In this document: piece after piece, positions 55,305 to 63,415 of the stretch | How positions within the stretch are numbered: position 1 is the stretch's first letter | Layout of the letters: each line of letters begins with the position of its first letter | From: Candidatus Eiseniibacteriota bacterium | GTDB lineage: Bacteria > Joyebacterota > Joyebacteria > Joyebacterales > Joyebacteraceae | NCBI GenBank assembly: GCA_030609365.1 | Contig: JAUWCJ010000002.1 | Location: 41-64,040, forward strand | Direction: 5' to 3' | DNA length: 64,000 nt | Made by a program: the position numbers and the translations under genes | Notes under the pieces: model-generated | What the model was told of the DNA's origin: nothing | The model's database searches: none | The model's input: the letters and a program-made list of their open reading frames with translations, nothing else

Positions 55305-56447
55305 CTACCTCAGCGCGTTGCGGGCGATGACTATCTTCTGGATCTCGCTCGTGCCCTCGTAGATTTCGATAATCTTGGCGTCGCGATACATCCGCTCGAC
55401 CGCATACTCCTTGGAGTAGCCGTTCCCGCCGTGTATCTGCACGGCCATGCGCGCGACCGCGACCACCGTCTCGGCGGCGAAGTACTTCGCGATCGCCGCC
55501 TCGCGCGTGAACCTCTTGGCGCCCGCGTCCTTCATCGACCCGGCCCGATAGACGAGCAGCCTAGCCGCATCGGTCTGCGCCGACATCTGGGCGATCATGT
55601 CCTGGATCATCTCGAACTCTGCGATAGGCTTCCCGAACTGGACGCGCTCCTTGGCGTACTTGATGGAGGCGTCGAGAGCGCCCTGTGAGATACCGACGCC
55701 CTGCGCGCCGATGTCGATGCGGGAAACGTCGAGCGTATGCATGACGACCTTGAAACCGCCGCCCTCCTCACCCAGGAGATTCTCCTTGGGAACGATGCAC
55801 TCGTCCATGATGAGCTCGCAGTTACCGGTCGCGCGGATGCCCATGAGGTTCTCGTGCTTACCGACGCTGAAGCCCTCGAAGTCCTTGTCGACGATGAACG
55901 CGCTCATGCCCTTGTGGCGCTGCTCGGGGTCGGTGTACGCAAAGATGACGAACGTCCCGGCATCGGTCCCGTTCGTGATCCACGCCTTGGTTCCGTTCAG
56001 CACGTAGTGGTCGCCCTTGTCGACGGCCGTCGTCTCCATGCCCGCGGGGTCGGAGCCCGCATTCGCTTCCGTGATACCGATGGCGCCGAACTTCTTCCCT
56101 GAACAGAGGTCGGGCAGGTACTGCCTGCGCTGCTCCTCGGTTCCGAAGTGATAGATGGGATAGGCACACAAGGAGTTGTTGACCGCGGTGATGACGCCGT
56201 GCGAGGCGCACACGCGAGAGATCTCCTCGCAGATGATAGCGAGGGTCGTGAAGTCCAGGCCCGCCCCGCCGTACTTCTCGGGAATAACGACACCCATGAG
56301 TCCGAGCCCGGCCATCTTCTTGAGCGAGGCCGTCGGAAACTCGCGACTCTCGTCTATCTCAGCAGCGATAGGCTCGAGCTCCTTCTCCGCGAATTCGCGC
56401 ACCATGTCGCGGACCATCTTCTGATCCTGGGTGAGTGCGAAGTCCAT
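55305..56447 (-). CDS. Acyl-CoA dehydrogenase
   Basis: 380 aa, ACAD fold (…GITEANAGSD…, …QIHGGNGYSKEY…). GGAAGGGAG SD. Confidence 0.9.
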   Translation of the reverse strand: MDFALTQDQKMVRDMVREFAEKELEPIAAEIDESREFPTASLKKMAGLGLMGVVIPEKYGGAGLDFTTLAIICEEISRVCASHGVITAVNNSLCAYPIYHFGTEEQRRQYLPDLCSGKKFGAIGITEANAGSDPAGMETTAVDKGDHYVLNGTKAWITNGTDAGTFVIFAYTDPEQRHKGMSAFIVDKDFEGFSVGKHENLMGIRATGNCELIMDECIVPKENLLGEEGGGFKVVMHTLDVSRIDIGAQGVGISQGALDASIKYAKERVQFGKPIAEFEMIQDMIAQMSAQTDAARLLVYRAGSMKDAGAKRFTREAAIAKYFAAETVVAVARMAVQIHGGNGYSKEYAVERMYRDAKIIEIYEGTSEIQKIVIARNALR

Positions 56448-56487
56448 GCAGTCTGCTCCCTTCCGAAACGTGTGACCTGCCGATTCC

Positions 56488-57453
56488 CTAGGACGTCCTT
56501 CCGTCCATGCTGTCTATCACTTCCCTGGCAACCTGATAAGGGGATCTGTGCCCCCTGGTTACGTCTCCGATCATCGAGTCGAGCCCTGACTCGCCGCCGA
56601 GCCGCTCGTAGAGCTCCCGCTCGAGCGAATCGACCACGATGCCCCGAACCTGCGACTTGAAGTGGTCGCGCCTGCGTTTCTGAAGGAGTTCGTGCTCGGT
56701 CAGAAACGCCCTGTGTTCGTCGATCGTCCCGGCGATCTCAGCCACACCCTCGCCGGTCGTCGCGACGGACCTGAGTACCGGCGGCATCCACCCGAGCGAC
56801 GGATCTCTGAGCAGGAGCATCGACTTGATCTCCTCCACCGTCATGTCGCCGCCATCCCTGTCGGCCTTGTTGACCACGAAGATCTCACCGATCTCCATGA
56901 GTCCGGCCTTCATTGCCTGGATGCTGTCGCCGGATTCAGGCACGAGCACTATGACCGTGGTGTCGGCGGTCCCCGCGATATCCAGTTCCGACTGTCCGAC
57001 GCCGACCGTCTCGAAGATGACGTAGTCGAAACCCGCCGCGTCCATCACCGCCGCGACGCTCGGAGCGGAGCGCGACAGTCCGCCCAGACCGCCACGGGTC
57101 GCCATGCTGCGAATGAAGACGCCTTCCCTGATCCCCAGCCGCTGCATACGGACGCGGTCGCCCAGAAGCGCGCCGCCCGTGAAGGGGCTGGTCGGGTCGA
57201 CCGCGATGATACCGACGGTGCTCCCTTCATCCAGAAGGTGCTCGGTCAGGCCATCGACAAGCGTGCTCTTCCCCGCACCTGGCGGCCCTGAGATCCCTAT
57301 CCGGTAGGACCTCCCGATGTCCGGATAGACGACATCGAGGAGTTCCAGACCGCGCGGGTCCTCGTTCTCTATCCAGGAAATGGCCCGCGCCAGCGCGAGC
57401 GCGTCGCCATTCTTCAGTCTCTCGACCAGCTCCGGGACACTTGCGCTCCTCAA
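56488..57453 (-). CDS. meaB: Methylmalonyl-CoA mutase-associated GTPase MeaB/ArgK (G3E family)
   Basis: TTG start; P-loop GISGPPGAGKST, a VNKADRDGGD block (NKxD-like) and G3E-family similarity. Confidence 0.85.
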   Translation of the reverse strand: MRSASVPELVERLKNGDALALARAISWIENEDPRGLELLDVVYPDIGRSYRIGISGPPGAGKSTLVDGLTEHLLDEGSTVGIIAVDPTSPFTGGALLGDRVRMQRLGIREGVFIRSMATRGGLGGLSRSAPSVAAVMDAAGFDYVIFETVGVGQSELDIAGTADTTVIVLVPESGDSIQAMKAGLMEIGEIFVVNKADRDGGDMTVEEIKSMLLLRDPSLGWMPPVLRSVATTGEGVAEIAGTIDEHRAFLTEHELLQKRRRDHFKSQVRGIVVDSLERELYERLGGESGLDSMIGDVTRGHRSPYQVAREVIDSMDGRTS

Positions 57454-57486
57454 TGCTCCCCCATGTCGGCTGATACCGGGCGCCCT

Positions 57487-58014
57487 CTAGAACTCGATGC
57501 CCTCTCGCGCCTCGACCCCGGCGTCGTAGTGATGCTTGATATTCAGCACCTCACTGACAAGGTCCGCCGCCCTCACGATACTCGGGTGAGCGGAGCGGCC
57601 TGTCAGAACGAGCTCGACGTGCGGGGGTCTCGTCTCGATAAGAGAAAGGACGTCCTCGATACGTATCAGCGCGAAGTCGAGCGCCACGTTGACTTCATCG
57701 AGGATGACGATATCGTACTCGCCGCTTGCGACGGCCACGCGGGCCTTCTCGAGGCCCTGGACGGCAAGGTCGATGTCAACCTGCGCCGGGCTCTTCTTGT
57801 CGACGAACTCGTCGCGGCCGGACTGTTCGATGATGAAGCCCGGGAGCTTCGCGGCGGACGTCAGCTCGCCGTAGTTCGAGCTGCCCTTCATGAACTGCAG
57901 CATGTAGACGGAGAGCCCGTGTCCAACGGCGCGGAGAGCCAGGCCGAGCGCGGCGGTCGTCTTGCCCTTCCCGTCTCCGGTGTAGACCTGTACGGTACCA
58001 TGCCTCTTGGGCAC
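57487..58014 (-). CDS. cobO: Cob(I)yrinic acid a,c-diamide (ATP:corrinoid) adenosyltransferase CobO/BtuR
   Basis: GTG 58014 with GGAGG 5 nt upstream. HGTVQVYTGDGKGKTTAALGLALRA is the CobA/CobO P-loop signature; 176 aa. The ORF-track 5' extension is unsupported. Confidence 0.8.
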   Translation of the reverse strand: MPKRHGTVQVYTGDGKGKTTAALGLALRAVGHGLSVYMLQFMKGSSNYGELTSAAKLPGFIIEQSGRDEFVDKKSPAQVDIDLAVQGLEKARVAVASGEYDIVILDEVNVALDFALIRIEDVLSLIETRPPHVELVLTGRSAHPSIVRAADLVSEVLNIKHHYDAGVEAREGIEF

Positions 58015-58477
58015 TGGGGCCTCCGCAGGATTGCTGGAGCGCCGACTGTACGTAGACCAACGCTTCGACGCTTGAGCCTCGAATCTCAAATTGCGCGGGC
58101 GTCGGCGGGCGCCCGCGCAGGCTGGAACTGCCAAATCCCGCAAATGTTAGCATGCAGTGGGCCTAGCGTCAAGAACGGTTCAGCGAGCACGCTCCGGGTT
58201 CGCCGCCGCCGGGCGTCGAAATCGTTCCCCGAGCACGCGTGGTGGCTGGCGCGGGCATACCGACCGTTGCCCCAGGCCGGAGGTGCCTCCGGATACGCCA
58301 ATCCGGACTGACTCTGAATTCAGGGATCAGCCGCGTTGCCAACTCGGGGAAACCCGACTCGCCCTCAGATTATTCTTGACGACCTGTCCCACATTTGATA
58401 CCGTTCCGTTGTTTCCAACATTCACTTGGTCTGCCGTGAGTTTTGGTGCACCGTCACGTACTATAGGAGGTAGAGGG

Positions 58478-59002
58478 ATGAGGAACCTGCTAATCGTTGT
58501 GCTGGTTCTGGCCGTCGCCGTCTCTGCTGGCGCGCGGAGCATTGCGGACTCGTACGTTGAGCTCGTGTCGCCCACGGCCATCAGCCCCGGCGAGACCCAC
58601 ACGTTCACGTTCGGCGTCTACAACGCATCGACGGATGCCGAGTGGATTACCGATGTGCTCATCACGTTCCCCGATGGCTGGGTCGCTGACGAGGGTTCGA
58701 TGTCATACGTGCCGATCGTCCCCGATCCCATCCGTCCGAGCTGGGACATGCTGGTTCCGGACGGCCCGACGGCCATGTGGCTCGACAACGACGGCGGCTA
58801 CGGCGAGCTCTGGGGTGACGAGTACACGACAGTCTCGGTCGACGTCGCGGTTGCCACGCAGCTCTACGGCATCCCGATCTACTGGTGCCTGTACGGTGAC
58901 ATCTGGGGCGACCCGCCGCACGAGCTCTGCGGCTGCATCGACTTCGAGGTGTCGCCGGTCGAGGAGCAGTCCTGGGCCAGCATCAAGGCGCTCTACCGCT
59001 AA
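58478..59002 (+). CDS. Small secreted hypothetical protein ending ...SWASIKALYR
   Basis: ATG 58478 with TAGGAGG 8 nt upstream. Signal peptide MRNLLIVVLVLAVAVSAGA. C-terminal …LCGCIDFEVSPVEEQSWASIKALYR matches the tail shared with three other proteins. A strong terminator follows. Confidence 0.75.
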   Translation: MRNLLIVVLVLAVAVSAGARSIADSYVELVSPTAISPGETHTFTFGVYNASTDAEWITDVLITFPDGWVADEGSMSYVPIVPDPIRPSWDMLVPDGPTAMWLDNDGGYGELWGDEYTTVSVDVAVATQLYGIPIYWCLYGDIWGDPPHELCGCIDFEVSPVEEQSWASIKALYR

Positions 59003-59028
59003 GGTGGAGCACCATAAGCTTTCCGGAA

Positions 59029-59060
59029 GGGCGGTGACGTAAGTCACCGCCCTTTCCTTT
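59029..59060 (+). terminator. Rho-independent terminator
   Basis: GGGCGGTGAC-gtaa-GTCACCGCCC (10-bp perfect stem) followed by TTTCCTTT. Confidence 0.75.
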
Positions 59061-59201
59061 GCCCGCCCGGCACCCCGCGTCATGACACCCGCCACGCACC
59101 CTGGCACCCCGGCCAGCAGACGCGGGAGACGCGCCGCACAGCCTGCCACCCCGGCCCGCAGACGTCCGAGACCCGCCGCGCATCCTTGACGCACTGTGCC
59201 G

Positions 59202-59230
59202 TTTCAAGCGCGTCCTGCCTGTGGTATAAT
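59202..59230 (+). promoter_or_regulatory. Sigma70-type promoter with extended -10 for the beta-propeller gene
   Basis: TTTCAA, a 17-nt spacer, then TGgTATAAT (59222-59230). SD GGTGGAGG sits 6 nt before the ATG at 59250. A roughly 35-nt imperfect direct repeat (CACCCCGGCC.GCAGACG.C.GAGAC.CGCCGC) occurs twice upstream (59105-59190). Confidence 0.55.
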
Positions 59231-59249
59231 GGCTGGTGGAGGTAACAGA

Positions 59250-60725
59250 ATGAAAAGCGTAGTCATCATACTGTGTGGAATGCTGCTCGCGGGCGCCGCC
59301 GCCGCAGAGACCCCGCCGGACACCCTGTGGGCCAGGGAGTTCGGGGGCGGTCAGTTCGAATGGGGCAGATCGGTCCAGGAAACGCAGGACGGGGGATTCA
59401 TCACCGTCGGTGACACCTACTCCTACGGCACGGGCGGCTTCGACGTGTGGCTTATCAAGACCGACGGGGGTGGCAACAAGACCTGGGCAAAGACGTACGG
59501 TGGCATCTATGAGGACCGCGGCTACTCGGTCCGCCAGACCGCCGACGGCGGCTATGTCATCGCAGGCGTGACGGGCTCCTACGGAGCCGGTACCTACGAT
59601 ATCTGGCTGATCAAGACCGATGGCGCCGGCCACGTTTCGTGGTCCAAGACCTTCGGCGGAAGCGCCTGGGACTGGGGCTACTCCGTTGAGCAGACCGCGG
59701 ACGGGGGCTACGTGCTCGTGGGCTACACGGAGTCCTTCGGGCCGGGGGACAGCGCTCTCTGGCTCATCCGGACCGACAGCGCGGGCGACACGCTGTGGAC
59801 CAGGACCGTCGGAGGAGAAAGCTCCGACTGGGGCGAATCTGTTCAGGTGTGCTCGGACGGGGGATACCTCGTCGCGGGAAGCACATACTCCTTCGGCGCG
59901 GGAAGCCGCGACGTGTGGCTCGTCAGGACAGACAGTGCCGGCGATACGCTGTGGACGAGAGCCTTCGGCGGCGGCGCTTCCGACGGCGGCCTCGACGTCA
60001 CGCAAACGCCGGACGGAGGATGCCTCCTCACCGGGTACACGAAGTCCTTCGGGGCGGGGCTGGACGATGTCTGGCTCATCCGCACCGACAGCAGCGGCGA
60101 CACGCTGTGGACGCGAACATACGGAGGGGCGCAGTCTGACGGGGGCGAGTCCATCGATCTGTGCTACGAGGGCGGCTGCATAGTTGCCGGTCACACGAAG
60201 TCGTTCGGCGCCGGCGGTGACGACTTCTGGCTTATCAGGGTGCTCGACAACGGCGACACCCTCTGGACGAAGACACTCGGAGGAAGCGACCACGACTGGG
60301 CAAGATCGGTGCGCCAGTGCTCGGACGGTGGGTACGTCGTCGCTGGCGACACATACTCGTTCACCGAGGGCGAATACGACATCTGGCTGGCCCGGCTCGC
60401 TCCCGGGACGGGTGTGCAGGCGACGGCCGAACTCAGATCTGCTCTGCGCGACCTTCGGAGCTACCCGAACCCGTTCGGTCCCTCCGCCACGACTGCCACG
60501 ATCGAGTTTGAGACGGTCACACCGGGTATCGTCTCGGTGAACGTATATGACGTCTGCGGACGGATGGTCAGAAGCATCGTTCGCTCGGAGCTGCCCGCCC
60601 AGCAGTACCGCCTCTCCTGGGACGGCACCGACGACGCCGGCAGAAGGATGCCCTCCGGGACCTACTTCTGCAAAGTCGAACTTGCCGGCGACACCATTGC
60701 AGAGAAGATGACATTCCTGAGATAG
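59250..60725 (+). CDS. Secreted 8-bladed beta-propeller repeat protein with T9SS C-terminal sorting domain
   Basis: Signal peptide MKSVVIILCGMLLAGAAAA. Eight ~47-aa repeats (WxxTxGGxxxDxGxSVxQTxDGGYxxxGxTxSFGAG..DxWLI(K/R)TDxxGDTLW). C-terminus YPNPFGPSATTATIEFET…VNVYDVCGRMVRSI…GTYFCKV…MTFLR is a Por_Secre_tail. Confidence 0.85.
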   Translation: MKSVVIILCGMLLAGAAAAETPPDTLWAREFGGGQFEWGRSVQETQDGGFITVGDTYSYGTGGFDVWLIKTDGGGNKTWAKTYGGIYEDRGYSVRQTADGGYVIAGVTGSYGAGTYDIWLIKTDGAGHVSWSKTFGGSAWDWGYSVEQTADGGYVLVGYTESFGPGDSALWLIRTDSAGDTLWTRTVGGESSDWGESVQVCSDGGYLVAGSTYSFGAGSRDVWLVRTDSAGDTLWTRAFGGGASDGGLDVTQTPDGGCLLTGYTKSFGAGLDDVWLIRTDSSGDTLWTRTYGGAQSDGGESIDLCYEGGCIVAGHTKSFGAGGDDFWLIRVLDNGDTLWTKTLGGSDHDWARSVRQCSDGGYVVAGDTYSFTEGEYDIWLARLAPGTGVQATAELRSALRDLRSYPNPFGPSATTATIEFETVTPGIVSVNVYDVCGRMVRSIVRSELPAQQYRLSWDGTDDAGRRMPSGTYFCKVELAGDTIAEKMTFLR

Positions 60726-60747
60726 CCCGCGCCCTTCCACAAATGCA

Positions 60748-60779
60748 GAGGCTCCCGCCGCACTAGCCGCGGGAGCCTC
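60748..60779. terminator. Bidirectional stem-loop between convergent T9SS cargo genes
   Basis: GAGGCTCCCGC-(10 nt)-GCGGGAGCCTC, an 11-bp perfect stem, 23 nt after the plus-strand stop and about 40 nt after the minus-strand stop at 60819. Confidence 0.55.
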
Positions 60780-60818
60780 GCGTCACACCTCTCGATCGTA
60801 GTCCTGCTACTGATACCG

Positions 60819-63395
60819 CTACTTCAGCAGGATCATCTTCCTGCTGGAACTGAACTCTCCGACCGTGATGCGGTAGAAGTATATGCCGCTTCCGACGGGC
60901 TCTCCGCTGTCGCTCCTCCCCCGCCACAACACCTCGTGAGCTCCGGCGTCCATGTCTTCATCGACCAGCGTGGCGGTCCTCTGCCCACTGACGTTGTAGA
61001 CCTCGACGGTCACGTGTCCCGCCGTGGGGATGCTGTACGCGATCGTCGTCACGGGATTGAAGGGGTTCGGGCAGTTCTGCGCCAGTGTGACAGCGCCGGC
61101 AACTACCTCATCGCCGGGGTCATCGATGCCGGTCGGGACGCCGAACCAGTCCACCGCGTCCTGGATGAGCATATGCCTGTCAGCTTCGTTAGTGAACTGT
61201 GACAGATCGAACGTCAGGTAGAACGATTTGTAGATGAGGTTGTCGAGCCAGATGCCCGCGCCCAGCTCGTAACCGTATGCGTACCCACCGATGGGTCCGT
61301 CCTCGAAAGCGAATGACGCCCACGACCAGAGCTCGGGGTTCGAAACCTCGCCCCAGTAGGACTCTGGGCAGTCATCGTTGACGATGACGTCCGGGCTGTT
61401 GGAGTAGACGGGCAACTCAACACCGGCATCGCCGATGGGAGAGACGGGAGAACCGGTCCACCCGATGATGCTGCCGTAGGAGTAGTCGTACGTGTACGGA
61501 CCGCCGATCCCGTCGGTACCTCCGTTCGGCGGAACGCCCACGGTACCGTCAGGGACATACAGGGCTCTCAAGTATCCCCTGTAGAACTTCTTCATCGGCC
61601 TCAAGTACGAGAGGGCGTGCTGAGAGTTCCCGAAGTTGTCCGACGCGAGGAACAGGTTCGTGGGACTCCCTGTTGTGCCGCTGTTGAGGAAGTCGATGAG
61701 AGCAGCCGAAAGCGTGTCTGTCTCGGCGCCCGACCCGGTGCTGTTGGAGTAGACGAAGATCGTGCTGTAGTTCTCCGTGAAGCGGTATGTCTCGTACTCG
61801 GCCCAGTTGTAGATATCGTAGACGACATCAGCGGCGTCCAGTGCCGCGACGAACTCCGGAAACTCGATGTTCTGATAGTCTTCGTAGCCGGGAACCGTGC
61901 CCGGATGGGCCAGCAGCACTTCGATGCCGTTCGTGGGAAGCATCCGGATGGAATAGCACTCGGCCGGAGCGCCCGCCGGCAGCGTCGCCCTGTTACCCGC
62001 CGGCGCGCCGTCGGTCGCAGCAAAGTAGTACTGGAGTTCCGTGCTGATGGGGATCTCCGGTAGCACGTAGTTAAAGATGTTCGGCGCCTCGAAGCTGGCG
62101 TGGGTCACGGCAGCCCAGCCCTCGCCGAAGTTGTAGTAGAGAGAGTCGGTCGACACACCGGACGCATCGGTGATCGTCAGGGATACCCCGGGCGTCGTGT
62201 CGAACGTGTTACCGATCTCCTTATCGTACACGAACGCGGGCGCCTGCTCATCGGTCTCTATGAACAGGCGAATCGCAAGCCCGTCGCTGAGGAGGTTGCC
62301 GGGCGGCTCGACACCGTAGTACACGCCGCCTGACGAGAGCTCTCTCAGGTAGCACAGACCTATGTCGGCATCATCGTTCTGGATGGCGACGGTCGAACTC
62401 CCGCCGTTGTCGTGGCTCGTCACGCTGCCGCTCTGTCCGATCTCGACGTCCTGGTACTGGAAGACGATGTCACCGTTCTCGTGGAGAATGGCCTGGAACG
62501 TAAGCGTTGTGTCCTCTGTAACCCCGGCGCTGTACCCGAAGTCGTGCCACTCGACGACGCAGTAGCGGTCGGGCGCCTCCCCGAAGGTCTGAAAGTAGAC
62601 ATCGCTTATGCCCTCAAAACCGTCCAGGTTGTCCCAGTACGGAGCTATCAGGGCGGGCACATGACTGAAGCCCGGAATCGGGTAGACGTAGTTGAAGTAG
62701 AAACCGTCGTCGTCCCAACCCGTGTCCGGGTAGGGCTCGTACCAGGTGTTCTCTGCCAGCAGGATCTCGCCATTCGTGTCCACGTACATGTGCGTGCGGT
62801 CTATCCCGTAGAAGGGGAACGTGAATCCGATCGGGATCGGCTCCGAGAAGTTGTCGTCACCGAAGAAGGTGGGCACACCGTACATGATCGTCGACGTGCC
62901 CGTCTCACTGATCTCGATCCAGTCGTACACGGGACCACCCGGCTCCCAGCTGTCGATCCATTCGTATCCCATCGCGTCCGGTCCGCCGGTCCCGAAGTGC
63001 TCGACGATCTCGGTCTCGGTCTCGAGCGAGTCATTCGCGGGGTTCGCGTCACCGGCAAGAGCGGTGGCCATGGTGACCGTGTACGTGCCCAGCTCGGTCG
63101 GCAGCCACGTGTCCACGAAGGTAACTGCGACCGTAGCACCCGGCGCGATCGTGCCCGAATGGACCACTGTGTCCAGATACACGGTAGCCAACGACTCATC
63201 GACGATCTCACACATTACTTCGAAGCTCGCCGTCACCTCGGAGCCACTGAAGTTCTGCACGATTCCCGACGGCGTGATGGCCCTGTCCACGACCTCGGAC
63301 GTACCCGGCTTGCCGATCGAGAGCACGCCGACGTCGGCCAGGGCCGACACGACCGTGAGAAGCGCGATCACGACAACCACCGCTGCTGTTCTCAT
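60819..63395 (-). CDS. Large secreted hypothetical protein with T9SS C-terminal sorting domain (paralog 1 of a tandem pair)
   Basis: ATG 63395 (MRTAAVVVVIALLTVVSALA) with AAGGAGA 8 nt upstream; 859 aa. C-terminus QNCPNPFNPVTTIAYSIPTAGHVTVEVYNVSGQRTATLVDE…GIYFYRITVGEF…KMILLK is a canonical Por_Secre_tail. No recognisable catalytic domain. Confidence 0.8.
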   Translation of the reverse strand: MRTAAVVVVIALLTVVSALADVGVLSIGKPGTSEVVDRAITPSGIVQNFSGSEVTASFEVMCEIVDESLATVYLDTVVHSGTIAPGATVAVTFVDTWLPTELGTYTVTMATALAGDANPANDSLETETEIVEHFGTGGPDAMGYEWIDSWEPGGPVYDWIEISETGTSTIMYGVPTFFGDDNFSEPIPIGFTFPFYGIDRTHMYVDTNGEILLAENTWYEPYPDTGWDDDGFYFNYVYPIPGFSHVPALIAPYWDNLDGFEGISDVYFQTFGEAPDRYCVVEWHDFGYSAGVTEDTTLTFQAILHENGDIVFQYQDVEIGQSGSVTSHDNGGSSTVAIQNDDADIGLCYLRELSSGGVYYGVEPPGNLLSDGLAIRLFIETDEQAPAFVYDKEIGNTFDTTPGVSLTITDASGVSTDSLYYNFGEGWAAVTHASFEAPNIFNYVLPEIPISTELQYYFAATDGAPAGNRATLPAGAPAECYSIRMLPTNGIEVLLAHPGTVPGYEDYQNIEFPEFVAALDAADVVYDIYNWAEYETYRFTENYSTIFVYSNSTGSGAETDTLSAALIDFLNSGTTGSPTNLFLASDNFGNSQHALSYLRPMKKFYRGYLRALYVPDGTVGVPPNGGTDGIGGPYTYDYSYGSIIGWTGSPVSPIGDAGVELPVYSNSPDVIVNDDCPESYWGEVSNPELWSWASFAFEDGPIGGYAYGYELGAGIWLDNLIYKSFYLTFDLSQFTNEADRHMLIQDAVDWFGVPTGIDDPGDEVVAGAVTLAQNCPNPFNPVTTIAYSIPTAGHVTVEVYNVSGQRTATLVDEDMDAGAHEVLWRGRSDSGEPVGSGIYFYRITVGEFSSSRKMILLK

Positions 63396-63415
63396 CCGTG
63401 TTTCTCCTTGTTGTG

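Noticed and set aside
58277-58292. Near-perfect 16-bp palindrome CCGGAGGTGCCTCCGG about 190 nt upstream of the small secreted protein gene
   Set aside because: A single occurrence and GC-rich; such palindromes arise by chance in high-GC DNA. Noted but not called as an operator.
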